Positions 1 through 14,200 of a stretch of 64,000 bases of DNA are shown here, piece after piece. Numbering within the stretch: the first letter of the stretch is position 1; each line of letters starts with the position of its first letter. A model generated the notes under the pieces. It did not search any database and was not told the DNA's origin. It saw only the letters and a list, made by a program, of their open reading frames with translations. A program made the position numbers and the translations under genes. Origin of the DNA: Auanema rhodensis (lineage: Eukaryota; Animalia; Nematoda); the NCBI GenBank assembly GCA_964057225.1, contig OZ059899.1, positions 558,001 through 622,000 on the forward strand, read 5' to 3'.

Positions 1-22
1 GTGCACTTGGTATGTAACTCGC

Positions 23-32
23 TTCACGTGAA
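23..32. other. Perfect 10-bp palindrome TTCACGTGAA (E-box core CACGTG), repeated in most monomers
   Basis: Read directly at monomer positions 23-32; coordinates are for the first monomer. Function is not demonstrated. Confidence 0.85.
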
Positions 33-110
33 AGATAAAGAAATGCGGTTTTCAAAATTAGATTCCCCATGTCCATATTAGTCTAAAAACAAATTTTTAT
101 TGATATTGGT

Positions 111-125
111 TCATGGTAACCATGA
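111..125. other. Dyad TCATGGT-A-ACCATGA (7-bp arms; 6-bp arms in the G111 allele), repeated in most monomers
   Basis: Read directly at monomer positions 111-125; contains GGTNACC. Function is not demonstrated. Confidence 0.85.
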
Positions 126-3100
126 CTTTGAAATTTACGTGAACTTCAATTTATGCTAATTAAATGTACACGTGATGTGCACTTGGTATGTAACTCGCTT
201 CACGTGAAAGATAAAGAGATTCGGTTTCCAAAATTAGATTCCCCATGTCCATATTAGTCTAAAAACAAATTTTTATTGATATTGGTGCATGGTAACCATG
301 ACTTTGAAATTTACGTGAACTTTAATTTATGCTAATTAAATGTACACGTGATGTGCACTTGGTATGTAACTCGCTTCACGTGAACGATAAAGAGATGCGG
401 TTTTCAAAATTAGATTCCCCATGTCCATATTAGTCTAAAAACAAATTTTTATTGATATTGGTTCATGGTAACCATGACTTTGAAATTTACGTGAACTTTA
501 ATTTATGCTAATTAAATGTACACGTGATGTGCACTTGGTATGTAACTCGCTTCACGTGAAAGATAAAGAGATGCGGTTTTCAAAATTAGATTACCCATGT
601 CCATATTAGTCTAAAAACAAATTTTTATTGATATTGGTTCATGGTAACCATGACTTTGAAATTTACGTGAACTTTAATTTATGCTAATTAAATGTACACG
701 TGATGTGCACTTGGTATGTAACTCGCTTCACGTGAAAGATAAAGAGATGCGGTTTTCAAAATTAGATTCCCCATGTCCATATTAGTCTAAAAACAAATTT
801 TTATTGATATTTGTGCATGGTAACCATGACTTTGAAATTCACGTGAACTTTAATTTATGCTAATTAAATGTACACGTGATGTGCACTTGGTATGTAACTC
901 GCTTCACGTGAAAGATAAAGAGATGCGGTTTTCAAAATTAGATTCCCCATGTCCATATTAGTCTAAAAACAAATTTTTATTGATATTGGTTCATGGTAAC
1001 CATGACTTTGAAATTTACGTGAACTTTAATTTATGCTAATTAAATGTACACGTGATGTGCCCTTGGTATGTAACTCGCTTCACGTGAGAGATAAAGAGAT
1101 GCGGTTTTCAAAATTAGATTCCCCATGTCCATATTAGTCTAAAAACAAATTTTTATTGATATTGGTTCATGGTAACCATGACTTTGAAATTTACGTGAAC
1201 TTTAATTTATGCTAATTAAATGTACACGTGATGTGCACTTGGTATGTAACTCGCTTCACGTGAAAGATAAAGAGATGCGGTTTTCAAAATTAGATTCCCC
1301 ATGTCCATATTAGTCTAAAAACAAATTTTTATTGATATTAGTGCATGGTAACCATGACTTTGAAATTTACGTGAACTTTAATTTATGCTAATTAAATGTA
1401 CACGTGATGTGCCCTTGGTATGTAACTCGCTTCACGTGAAAGATAAAGAGATGCGGTTTTCAAAATTAGATTCCCCATGTCCATATTAGTCTAAAAACAA
1501 ATTTTTATTGATATTGGTGCATGGTAACCATGACTTTGAAATTTACGTGAACTTTAATTTATGCTAATTAAATGTACACGTGATGTGCCCTTGGTATGTA
1601 ACTCGCTTCACGTGAAAGATAAAGAGATGCGGTTTTCAAAATTAGATTCACCATGTCCATATTAGTCTAAAAACAAATTTTTATTGATATTGGTGCATGG
1701 TAACCATGACTTTGAAATTTACGTGAACTTTAATTTATGCTAATTAAATGTACACGTGATGTGCCCTTGGTATGTAACTCGCTTCACGTGAAAGATAAAG
1801 AGATGCGGTTTTCAAAATTAGATTCCCCATGTCCATATTAGTCTAAAAACAAATTTTTATTGATATTGGTTCATGGTAACCATGACTTTGAAATTTACGT
1901 GAACTTTAATTTATGCTAATTAAATGTACACGTGATGTGCACTTGGTATGTAACTCGCTTCACGTGAAAGATAAAGAGATGCGGTTTTCAAAATTAGATT
2001 CCCCATGTCCATATTAGTCTAAAAACAAATTTTTATTGATATTGGTGCATGGTAACCATGACTTTGAAATTTACGTGAACTTTAATTTATGCTAATTAAA
2101 TGTACACGTGATGTGCCCTTGGTATGTAACTCGCTTCACGTGAAAGATAAAGAGATGCGGTTTTCAAAATTAGATTCCCCATGTCCATATTAGTCTAAAA
2201 ACAAATTTTTATTGATATTGGTGCTTGGTAACCATGACTTTGAAATTTACGTGAACTTTAATTTATGCTAATTAAATGTACACGTGATGTGCACTTGGTA
2301 TGTAACTCGCTTCACGTGAAAGATAAAGAGATGCGGTTTTCAAAATTAGATTCCCCATGTCCATATTAGTCTAAAAAAAAATTTTTATTGATATTGGTGC
2401 ATGGTAACCATGACTTTGAAATTTACGTGAACTTTAATTTATGCTAATTAAATGTACACGTGATGTGCACTTGGTATGTAACTCGCTTCACGTGAAAGAT
2501 AAAGAGATGCGGTTTTCAAAATTAGATTCCCCATGTCCATATTAGTCTAAAAACAAATTTTTATTGATATTGGTTCATGGTAACCATGACTTTGAAATTT
2601 ACGTGAACTTCAATTTATGCTAATTAAATGTACACGTGATGTGCACTTGGTATGTAACTCGCTTCACGTGAAAGATAAAGAGATTCGGTTTCCAAAATTA
2701 GATTCCCCATGTCCATATTAGTCTAAAAACAAATTTTTATTGATATTGGTGCATGGTAACCATGACTTTGAAATTTACGTGAACTTTAATTTATGCTAAT
2801 TAAATGTACACGTGATGTGCACTTGGTATGTAACTCGCTTCACGTGAACGATAAAGAGATGCGGTTTTCAAAATTAGATTCCCCATGTCCATATTAGTCT
2901 AAAAACAAATTTTTATTGATATTGGTTCATGGTAACCATGACTTTGAAATTTACGTGAACTTTAATTTATGCTAATTAAATGTACACGTGATGTGCACTT
3001 GGTATGTAACTCGCTTCACGTGAAAGATAAAGAGATTCGGTTTCCAAAATTAGATTCCCCATGACCATATTAGTCTAAAAACAAATTTTTATTGATATTG

Positions 3101-6100
3101 GTGCATGGTAACCATGACTTTGAAATTTACGTGAACTTTAATTTATGCTAATTAAATGTACACGTGATGTGCACTTGGTATGTAACTCGCTTCACGTGAA
3201 AGATAAAGAGATGCGGTTTTCAAAATTAGATTCCCCATGTCCATATTAGTCTAAAAACGAATTTTTATTGATATTGGTTCATGGTAACCATGACTTTGAA
3301 ATTTACGTGAACTTTAATTTATGCTAATTAAATGTACACGTGATGTGCACTTGGTATGTAACTCGCTTCACGTGAAAGATAAAGAGATGCGGTTTTCAAA
3401 ATTAGATTCCCCATGTCCATATTAGTCTAAAAACAAATTTTTATTGATATTGGTTCATGGTAACCATGACTTTGAAATTTACGTGAACTTTAATTTATGC
3501 TAATTAAATGTACACGTGATGTGCACTTGGTATGTAACTCGCTTCACGTGAAAGATAAAGAGATGCGGTTTTCAAAATTAGATTCCCCATGTCCATATTA
3601 GTCTAAAAACAAATTTTTATTGATATTTGTGCATGGTAACCATGACTTTGAAATTTACGTGAACTTTAATTTATGCTAATTAAATGTACACGTGATGTGC
3701 CCTTGGTATGTAACTCGCTTCACGTGAAAGATAAAGAGATGCGGTTTTCAAAATTAGATTCCCCATGTCCATATTAGTCTAAAAACAAATTTTTATTGAT
3801 ATTGGTTCATGGTAACCATGACTTTGAAATTTACGTGAACTTTAATTTATGCTAATTAAATGTACACGTGATGTGCACTTGGTATGTAACTCGCTTCACG
3901 TGAAAGATAAAGAGATGCGGTTTTCAAAATTAGATTCCCCATGTCCATATTAGTCTAAAAACAAATTTTTATTGATATTGGTGCATGGTAACCATGACTT
4001 TGAAATTTACGTGAACTTTAATTTATGCTAATTAAATGTACACGTGATGTGCCCTTGGTATGTAACTCGCTTCACGTGAAAGATAAAGAGATGCGGTTTT
4101 CAAAATTAGATTCCCCATGTCCATATTAGTCTAAAAACAAATTTTTATTGATATTGGTGCATGGTAACCATGACTTTGAAATTTACGTGAACTTTAATTT
4201 ATGCTAATTAAATGTACACGTGATGTGCCCTTGGTATGTAACTCGCTTCACGTGAAAGATAAAGAGATGCGGTTTTCAAAATTAGATTCCCCATGTCCAT
4301 ATTAGTCTAAAAGCAAATTTTTATTGATATTGGTTCATGGTAACCATGACTTTGAAATTTACGTGAACTTTAATTTATGCTAATTAAATGTACACGTGAT
4401 GTGCACTTGGTATGTAACTCGCTTCACGTGAACGATAAAGAGATGCGGTTTTCAAAATTGGATTTCCCATGTCCATATTAGTCTAAAAACAAATTTTTAT
4501 TGATATTGGTGCATGGTAACCATGACTTTGAAATTTACGTGAACTTTAATTTATGCTAATTAAATGTACACGTGATGTGCCCTTGGTATGTAACTCGCTT
4601 CACGTGAAAGATAAAGAGATGCGGTTTTCAAAATTAGATTCCCCATGTCCATATTAGTCTAAAAACAAATTTTTATTGATATTTGTGCATGGTAACCATG
4701 ACTTTGAAATTCACGTGAACTTTAATTTATGCTAATTAAATGTACACGTGATGTGCACTTGGTATGTAACTCGCTTCACGTGAAAGATAAAGAGATGCGG
4801 TTTTCAAAATTAGATTCCCCATGTCCATATTAGTCTAAAAACAAATTTTTATTGATATTGGTTCATGGTAACCATGACTTTGAAATTTACGTGAACTTTA
4901 ATTTATGCTAATTAAATGTACACGTGATGTGCACTTGGTATGTAACTCGCTTCACGTGAAAGATAAAGAGATGCGGTTTTCAAAATTAGATTCCCCATGT
5001 CCATATTAGTCTAAAAACAAATTTTTATTGATATTGGTTAATGGTAACCATGACTTTGAAATTTACGTGAACTTCAATTTATGCTAATTAAATGTACACG
5101 TGATGTGCCCTTGGTATGTAACTCGCTTCACGTGAGAGATAAAGAGATGCGGTTTTCAAAATTAGATTCCCCATGTCCATATTAGTCTAAAAACAAATTT
5201 TTATTGATATTGGTTCATGGTAACCATGACTTTGAAATTTACGTGAACTTTAATTTATGCTAATTAAATGTACACGTGATGTGCACTTGGTATGTAACTC
5301 GCTTCACGTGAAAGATAAAGAGATGCGGTTTTCAAAATTAGATTCCCCATGTCCATATTAGTCTAAAAACAAATTTTTATTGATATTGGTGCATGGTAAC
5401 CATGACTTTGAAATTTACGTGAACTTTAATTTATGCTAATTAAATGTACAAGTGATGTGCACTTGGTATGTAACTCGCTTCACGTGAAAGATAAAGAGAT
5501 GCGGTTTTCAAAATTAGATTCCCCATGTCCATATTAGTCTAAAAACAAATTTTTATTGATATTGGTGCATGGTAACCATGACTTTGAAATTTACGTGAAC
5601 TTTAATTTATGCTAATTAAATGTACACGTGATGTGCCCTTGGTATGTAACTCGCTTCACGTGAAAGATAAAGAGATGCGGTTTTCAAAATTAGATTCCCC
5701 ATGTCCATATTAGTCTAAAAACAAATTTTTATTGATATTGGTGCATGGTAACCATGACTTTGAAATTTACGTGAACTTTAATTTATGCTAATTAAATGTA
5801 CACGTGATGTGCCCTTGGTATGTAACTCGCTTCACGTGAAAGATAAAGAGATGCGGTTTTCAAAATTAGATTCCCCATGTCCATATTAGTCTAAAAACAA
5901 ATTTTTATTGATATTGGTGCATGGTAACCATGACTTTGAAATTTACGTGAACTTTAATTTATGCTAATTAAATGTACACGTGATGTGCACTTGGTATGTA
6001 ACTCGCTTCACGTGAAAGATAAAGAGATTCGGTTTCCAAAATTAGATTCCCCATGTCCATATTAGTCTAAAAACAAATTTTTATTGATATTGGTGCATGG

Positions 6101-8797
6101 TAACCATGACTTTGAAATTTACGTGAACTTTAATTTATGCTAATTAAATGTACACGTGATGTGCCCTTGGTATGTAACTCGCTTCACGTGAAAGATAAAG
6201 AGATGCGGTTTTCAAAATTAGATTCCCCATGTCCATATTAGTCTAAAAACAAATTTTTATTGATATTGGTGCATGGTAACCATGACTTTGAAATTTACGT
6301 GAACTTTAATTTATGCTAATTAAATGTACACGTGATGTGCCCTTGGTATGTAACTCGCTTCACGTGAAAGATAAAAAGATGCGGTTTTCAAAATTAGATT
6401 CCCCATGTCCATATTAGTCTAAAAACAAATTTTTATTGATATTGGTTCATGGTAACCATGACTTTGAAATTTACGTGAACTTTAATTTATGCTAATTAAA
6501 TGTACACGTGATGTGCACTTGGTATGTAACTCGCTTCACGTGATATAAAGAGATGCGGTTTTCAAAATTAGATTCCCCATGTCCATATTAGTCTAAAAAC
6601 AAATTTTTATTGATATTGGTGCATGGTAACCATGACTTTGAAATTTACGTGAACTTTAATTTATGCTAATTAAATGTACACGTGATGTGCCCTTGGTATG
6701 TAACTCGCTTCACGTGAAAGATAAAGAGATGCGGTTTTCAAAATTAGATTCCCCATGTCCATATTAGTCTAAAAACAAATTTTTATTGATATTGGTGCTT
6801 GGTAACCATGACTTTGAAATTTACGTGAACTTTAATTTATGCTAATTAAATGTACACGTGATGTGCACTTGGTATGTAACTCGCTTCACGTGAAAGATAA
6901 AGAGATGCGGTTTTCAAAATTAGATTCCCCATGTCCATATTAGTCTAAAAAAAATTTTTATTGATATTGGTGCATGGTAACCATGACTTTGAAATTTACG
7001 TGAACTTTAATTTATGCTAATTAAATGTACACGTGATGTGCACTTGGTATGTAACTCGCTTCACGTGAAAGATAAAGAGATGCGGTTTTCAAAATTAGAT
7101 TCCCCATGTCCATATTAGTCTAAAAACAAATTTTTATTGATATTGGTTCATGGTAACCATGACTTTGAAATTTACGTGAACTTCAATTTATGCTAATTAA
7201 ATGTACACGTGATGTGCACTTGGTATGTAACTCGCTTCACGTGAAAGATAAAGAGATTCGGTTTCCAAAATTAGATTCCCCATGTCCATATTAGTCTAAA
7301 AACAAATTTTTATTGATATTGGTGCATGGTAACCATGACTTTGAAATTTACGTGAACTTTAATTTATGCTAATTAAATGTACACGTGATGTGCACTTGGT
7401 ATGTAACTCGCTTCACGTGAACGATAAAGAGATGCGGTTTTCAAAATTAGATTCCCCATGTCCATATTAGTCTAAAAACAAATTTTTATTGATATTGGTT
7501 CATGGTAACCATGACTTTGAAATTTACGTGAACTTTAATTTATGCTAATTAAATGTACACGTGATGTGCACTTGGTATGTAACTCGCTTCACGTGAAAGA
7601 TAAAGAGATTCGGTTTCCAAAATTAGATTCCCCATGTCCATATTAGTCTAAAAACAAATTTTTATTGATATTGGTGCATGGTAACCATGACTTTGAAATT
7701 TACGTGAACTTTAATTTATGCTAATTAAATGTACACGTGATGTGCACTTGGTATGTAACTCGCTTCACGTGAACGATAAAGAGATGCGGTTTTCAAAATT
7801 AGATTCCCCATGTCCATATTAGTCTAAAAACAAATTTTTATTGATATTGGTTCATGGTAACCATGACTTTGAAATTTACGTGAACTTTAATTTATGCTAA
7901 TTAAATGTACACGTGATGTGCACTTGGTATGTAACTCGCTTCACGTGAAAGATAAAGAGATGCGGTTTTCAAAATTAGATTCCCCATGTCCATATTAGTC
8001 TAAAAACAAATTTTTATTGATATTGGTTCATGGTAACCATGACTTTGAAATTTACGTGAACTTTAATTTATGCTAATTAAATGTACACGTGATGTGCACT
8101 TGGTATGTAACTCGCTTCACGTGAAAGATAAAGAGATGCGGTTTTCAAAATTAGATTCCCCATGTCCATATTAGTCTAAAAACAAATTTTTATTGATATT
8201 TGTGCATGGTAACCATGACTTTGAAATTTACGTGAACTTTAATTTATGCTAATTAAATGTACACGTGATGTGCCCTTGGTATGTAACTCGCTTCACGTGA
8301 AAGATAAAGAGATGCGGTTTTCAAAATTAGATTCCCCATGTCCATATTAGTCTAAAAACAAATTTTTATTGATATTGGTTCATGGTAACCATGACTTTGA
8401 AATTTACGTGAACTTTAATTTATGCTAATTAAATGTACACGTGATGTGCACTTGGTATGTAACTCGCTTCACGTGAAAGATAAAGAGATGCGGTTTTCAA
8501 AATTAGATTCCCCATGTCCATATTAGTCTAAAAACAAATTTTTATTGATATTGGTGCATGGTAACCATGACTTTGAAATTTACGTGAACTTTAATTTATG
8601 CTAATTAAATGTACACGTGATGTGCCCTTGGTATGTAACTCGCTTCACGTGAAAGATAAAGAGATGCGGTTTTCAAAATTAGATTCCCCATGTCCATATT
8701 AGTCTAAAAACAAATTTTTATTGATATTGGTGCATGGTAACCATGACTTTGAAATTTACGTGAACTTTAATTTATGCTAATTAAATGTACACGTGAT

Positions 8798-11261
8798 GTG
8801 CCCTTGGTATGTAACTCGCTTCACGTGAAAGATAAAGAGATGCGGTTTTCAAAATTAGATTCCCCATGTCCATATTAGTCTAAAAACAAATTTTTATTGA
8901 TATTTGTGCATGGTAACCATGACTTTGAAATTCACGTGAACTTTAATTTATGCTAATTAAATGTACACGTGATGTGCACTTGGTATGTAACTCGCTTCAC
9001 GTGAAAGATAAAGAGATGCGGTTTTCAAAATTAGATTCCCCATGTCCATATTAGTCTAAAAACAAATTTTTATTGATATTGGTTCATGGTAACCATGACT
9101 TTGAAATTTACGTGAACTTCAATTTATGCTAATTAAATGTACACGTGATGTGCCCTTGGTATGTAACTCGCTTCACGTGAGAGATAAAGAGATGTGGTTT
9201 TCAAAATTAGATTCCCCATGTCCATATTAGTCTAAAAACAAATTTTTATTGATATTGGTTTATGGTAACCATGACTTTGAAATTTACGTGAACTTTAATT
9301 TATGCTAATTAAATGTACACGTGATGTGCACTTGGTATGTAACTCGCTTCACGTGAAAGATAAAGAGATGCGGTTTTCAAAATTAGATTCCCCATGTCCA
9401 TATTAGTCTAAAAACAAATTTTTATTGATATTGGTGCATGGTAACCATGACTTTGAAATTTACGTGAACTTTAATTTATGCTAATTAAATGTACACGTGA
9501 TGTGCCCTTGGTATGTAACTCGCTTCACGTGAAAGATAAAGAGATGCGGTTTTCAAAATTAGATTCCCCATGTCCATATTAGTCTAAAAACAAATTTTTA
9601 TTGATATTGGTGCATGGTAACCATGACTTTGAAATTTACGTGAACTTTAATTTATGCTAATTAAATGTACACGTGATGTGCCCTTGGTATGTAACTCGCT
9701 TCACGAGAAAGATAAAGAGATGCGGTTTTCAAAATTAGATTCCCCATGTCCATATTAGTCTAAAAACAAATTTTTATTGATATTGGTGCATGGTAACCAT
9801 GACTTTGAAATTTACGTGAACTTTAATTTATGCTAATTAAATGTACACGTGATGTGCACTTGGTATGTAACTCGCTTCACGTGAAAGATAAAGAGATTCG
9901 GTTTCCAAAATTAGATTCCCCATGTCCATATTAGTCTAAAAACAAATTTTTATTGATATTGGTGCATGGTAACCATGACTTTGAAATTTACGTGAACTTT
10001 AATTTATGCTAATTAAATGTACACGTGATGTGCCCTTGGTATGTAACTCGCTTCACGTGAAAGATAAAGAGATGCGGTTTTCAAAATTAGATTCCCCATG
10101 TCCATATTAGTCTAAAAACAAATTTTTATTGATATTTGTGCATGGTAACCATGACTTTGAAATTCACGTGAACTTTAATTTATGCTAATTAAATGTACAC
10201 GTGATGTGCACTTGGTATGTAACTCGCTTCACGTGAAAGATAAAGAGATGCGGTTTTCAAAATTAGATTCCCCATGTCCATATTAGTCTAAAAACAAATT
10301 TTTATTGATATTGGTTCATGGTAACCATGACTTTGAAATTTACGTGAACTTCAATTTATGCTAATTAAATGTACACGTGATGTGCCCTTGGTATGTAACT
10401 CGCTTCACGTGAGAGATAAAGAGATGTGGTTTTCAAAATTAGATTCCCCATGTCCATATTAGTCTAAAAACAAATTTTTATTGATATTGGTTTATGGTAA
10501 CCATGACTTTGAAATTTACGTGAACTTTAATTTATGCTAATTAAATGTACACGTGATGTGCACTTGGTATGTAACTCGCTTCACGTGAAAGATAAAGAGA
10601 TGCGGTTTTCAAAATTAGATTCCCCATGTCCATATTAGTCTAAAAACAAATTTTTATTGATATTGGTGCATGGTAACCATGACTTTGAAATTTACGTGAA
10701 CTTTAATTTATGCTAATTAAATGTACACGTGATGTGCCCTTGGTATGTAACTCGCTTCACGTGAAAGATAAAGAGATGCGGTTTTCAAAATTAGATTCCC
10801 CATGTCCATATTAGTCTAAAAACAAATTTTTATTGATATTGGTGCATGGTAACCATGACTTTGAAATTTACGTGAACTTTAATTTATGCTAATTAAATGT
10901 ACACGTGATGTGCCCTTGGTATGTAACTCGCTTCACGAGAAAGATAAAGAGATGCGGTTTTCAAAATTAGATTCCCCATGTCCATATTAGTCTAAAAACA
11001 AATTTTTATTGATATTGGTGCATGGTAACCATGACTTTGAAATTTACGTGAACTTTAATTTATGCTAATTAAATGTACACGTGATGTGCACTTGGTATGT
11101 AACTCGCTTCACGTGAAAGATAAAGAGATTCGGTTTCCAAAATTAGATTCCCCATGTCCATATTAGTCTAAAAACAAATTTTTATTGATATTGGTGCATG
11201 GTAACCATGACTTTGAAATTTACGTGAACTTTAATTTATGCTAATTAAATGTACACGTGAT
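8798..11261 (+). repeat. Higher-order tandem duplication of 7 monomers (1232 bp x2)
   Basis: Private variants recur at +1232: GATGTGG at 9195/10427, GGTTTATGG at 9261/10493 and CACGAGA at 9706/10938. Confidence 0.9.
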
Positions 11262-14200
11262 GTGCCCTTGGTATGTAACTCGCTTCACGTGAAAGATAAA
11301 GAGATGCGGTTTTCAAAATTAGATTCCCCATGTCCATATTAGTCTAAAAACAAATTTTTATTGATATTGGTGCATGGTAACCATGACTTTGAAATTTACG
11401 TGAACTTTAATTTATGCTAATTAAATGTACACGTGATGTGCACTTGGTATGTAACTCGCTTCACGTGAAAGATAAAGAGATGCGGTTTTCAAAATTAGAT
11501 TCCCCATGTCCATATTAGTCTAAAAACAAATTTTTATTGATATTGGTGCATGGTAACCATGACTTTGAAATTTACGTGAACTTTAATTTATGCTAATTAA
11601 ATGTACACGTGATGTGCCCTTGGTATGTAACTCGCTTCACGTGAAAGATAAAGAGATGCGGTTTTCAAAATTAGATTCCCCATGTCCATATTAGTCTAAA
11701 AACAAATTTTTATTGATATTGGTGCATGGTAACCATGACTTTGAAATTTACGTGAACTTTAATTTATGCTAATTAAATGTACACGTGATGTGCACTTGGT
11801 ATGTAACTCGCTTCACGTGAAAGATAAAGAGATGCGGTTTTCAAAATTAGATTCCCCATGTCCATATTAGTCTAAAAACAAATTTTTATTGATATTGGTT
11901 CATGGTAACCATGACTTTGAAATTTACGTGAACTTCAATTTATGCTAATTAAATGTACACGTGATGTGCACTTGGTATGTAACTCGCTTCACGTGAAAGA
12001 TAAAGAGATTCGGTTTCCAAAATTAGATTCCCCATGTCCATATTAGTCTAAAAACAAATTTTTATTGATATTGGTGCATAGTAACCATGACTTTGAAATT
12101 TACGTGAACTTTAATTTATGCTAATTAAATGTACACGTGATGGGCACTTGGTATGTAACTCGCTTCACGTGAACGATAAAGAGATGCGGTTTTCAAAATT
12201 AGATTCCCCATGTCCATATTAGTCTAAAAACAAATTTTTATTGATATTGGTTCATGGTAACCATGACTTTGAAATTTACGTGAACTTTAATTTATGCTAA
12301 TTAAATGTACACGTGATGTGCACTTGGTATGTAACTCGCTTCACGTGAAAGATAAAGAGATGCGGTTTTCAAAATTAGATTCCCCATGTCCATATTAGTC
12401 TAAAAACAAATTTTTATTGATATTGGTGCATGGTAACCATGACTTTGAAATTTACGTGAACTTTAATTTATGCTAATTAAATGTACACGTGATGTGCACT
12501 TGGTATGTAACTCGCTTCACGTGAAAGATAAAGAGATTCGGTTTCCAAAATTAGATTCCCCATGTCCATATTAGTCTAAAAACAAATTTTTATTGATATT
12601 GGTGCATGGTAACCATGACTTTGAAATTTACGTGAACTTTAATTTATGCTAATTAAATGTACACGTGATGTGCACTTGGTATGTAACTCGCTTCACGTGA
12701 ACGATAAAGAGATGCGGTTTTCAAAATTAGTTTCCCCATGTCCATATTAGTCTAAAAACAAATTTTTATTGATATTGGTTCATGGTAACCATGACTTTGA
12801 AATTTACGTGAACTTTAATTTATGCTAATTAAATGTACACGTGATGTGCACTTGGTATGTAACTCGCTTCACGTGAAAGATAAAGAGATGCGGTTTTCAA
12901 AATTAGATTCCCCATGTCCATATTAGTCTAAAAACAAATTTTTATTGATATTGGTTCATGGTAACCATGACTTTGAAATTTACGTGAACTTTAATTTATG
13001 CTAATTAAATGTACACGTGATGTGCACTTGGTATGTAACTCGCTTCACGTGAAAGATAAAGAGATGCGGTTTTCAAAATTAGATTCCCCATGTCCATATT
13101 AGTCTAAAAACAAATTTTTATTGATATTTGTGCATGGTAACCATGACTTTGAAATTTACGTGAACTTTAATTTATGCTAATTAAATGTACACGTGATGTG
13201 CCCTTGGTATGTAACTCGCTTCACGTGAAAGATAAAAGGATGCGGTTTTCAAAATTAGATTCCCCATGTCCATATTAGTCTAAAAACAAATTTTTATTGA
13301 TATTGGTTCATGGTAACCATGACTTTGAAATTTACGTGAACTTTAATTTATGCTAATTAAATGTACACGTGATGTGCACTTGGTATGTAACTCGCTTCAC
13401 GTGAAAGATAAAGAGATGCGGTTTTCAAAATTAGATTCCCCATGTCCATATTAGTCTAAAAACAAATTTTTATTGATATTGGTGCATGGTAACCATGACT
13501 TTGAAATTTACGTGAACTTTAATTTATGCTAATTAAATGTACACGTGATGTGCCCTTGGTATGTAACTCGCTTCACGTGAGAGATAAAGAGATGCGGTTT
13601 TCAAAATTAGATTCCCCATGTCCATATTAGTCTAAAAACAAATTTTTATTGATATTGGTTCATGGTAACCATGACTTTGAAATTTACGTGAACTTCAATT
13701 TATGCTAATTAAATGTACACGTGATGTGCCCTTGGTATGTAACTCGCTTCACGTGAAAGATAAAGAGATGCGGTTTTCAAAATTAGATTCCCCATGTCCA
13801 TATAAGTCTAAAAACAAATTTTTATTGATATTTGTGCATGGTAACCATGACTTTGAAATTCACGTGAACTTTAATTTATGCTAATTAAATGTACACGTGA
13901 TGTGCACTTGGTATGTAACTCGCTTCACGTGAAAGATAAAGAGATGCGGTTTTCAAAATTAGATTCCCCATGTCCATATTAGTCTAAAAACAAATTTTTA
14001 TTGATATTGGTTCATGGTAACCATGACTTTGAAATTTACGTGAACTTTAATTTATGCTAATTAAATGTACACGTGATGTGCACTTGGTATGTAACTCGCT
14101 TCACGTGAAAGATAAAGAGATGCTGTTTTCAAAATTAGATTCCCCATGTCCATATTAGTCTAAAAACAAATTTTTATTGATATTGGTTCATGGTAACCAT

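Noticed and set aside
1-176. Assignment to a known satellite of similar length (Brassica CentBr, Arabidopsis CEN178/180, primate alpha satellite, honeybee AluI repeat)
   Set aside because: I recognise no sequence similarity, and the consensus has no HindIII or AluI site. Length alone is not evidence; a BLAST or Dfam/Repbase search is needed.
1-176. Tandem 5S rRNA, tRNA, snRNA or spliced-leader gene array
   Set aside because: No recognisable Pol III A/B/C boxes, cloverleaf or conserved RNA motifs.
216-235. CENP-B box in the ATTCGGTTTCC variant
   Set aside because: It has TTCG but lacks the downstream A..CGGG of the NTTCGNNNNANNCGGGN consensus.
13702-13884. 60-aa ORF MLIKCTRDV...
   Set aside because: It is one satellite monomer in which the in-frame TAG became AAG (13804). 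Only 3 of about 365 monomers are open, there is no recognisable protein motif, and one stop-poor frame out of six is unremarkable.
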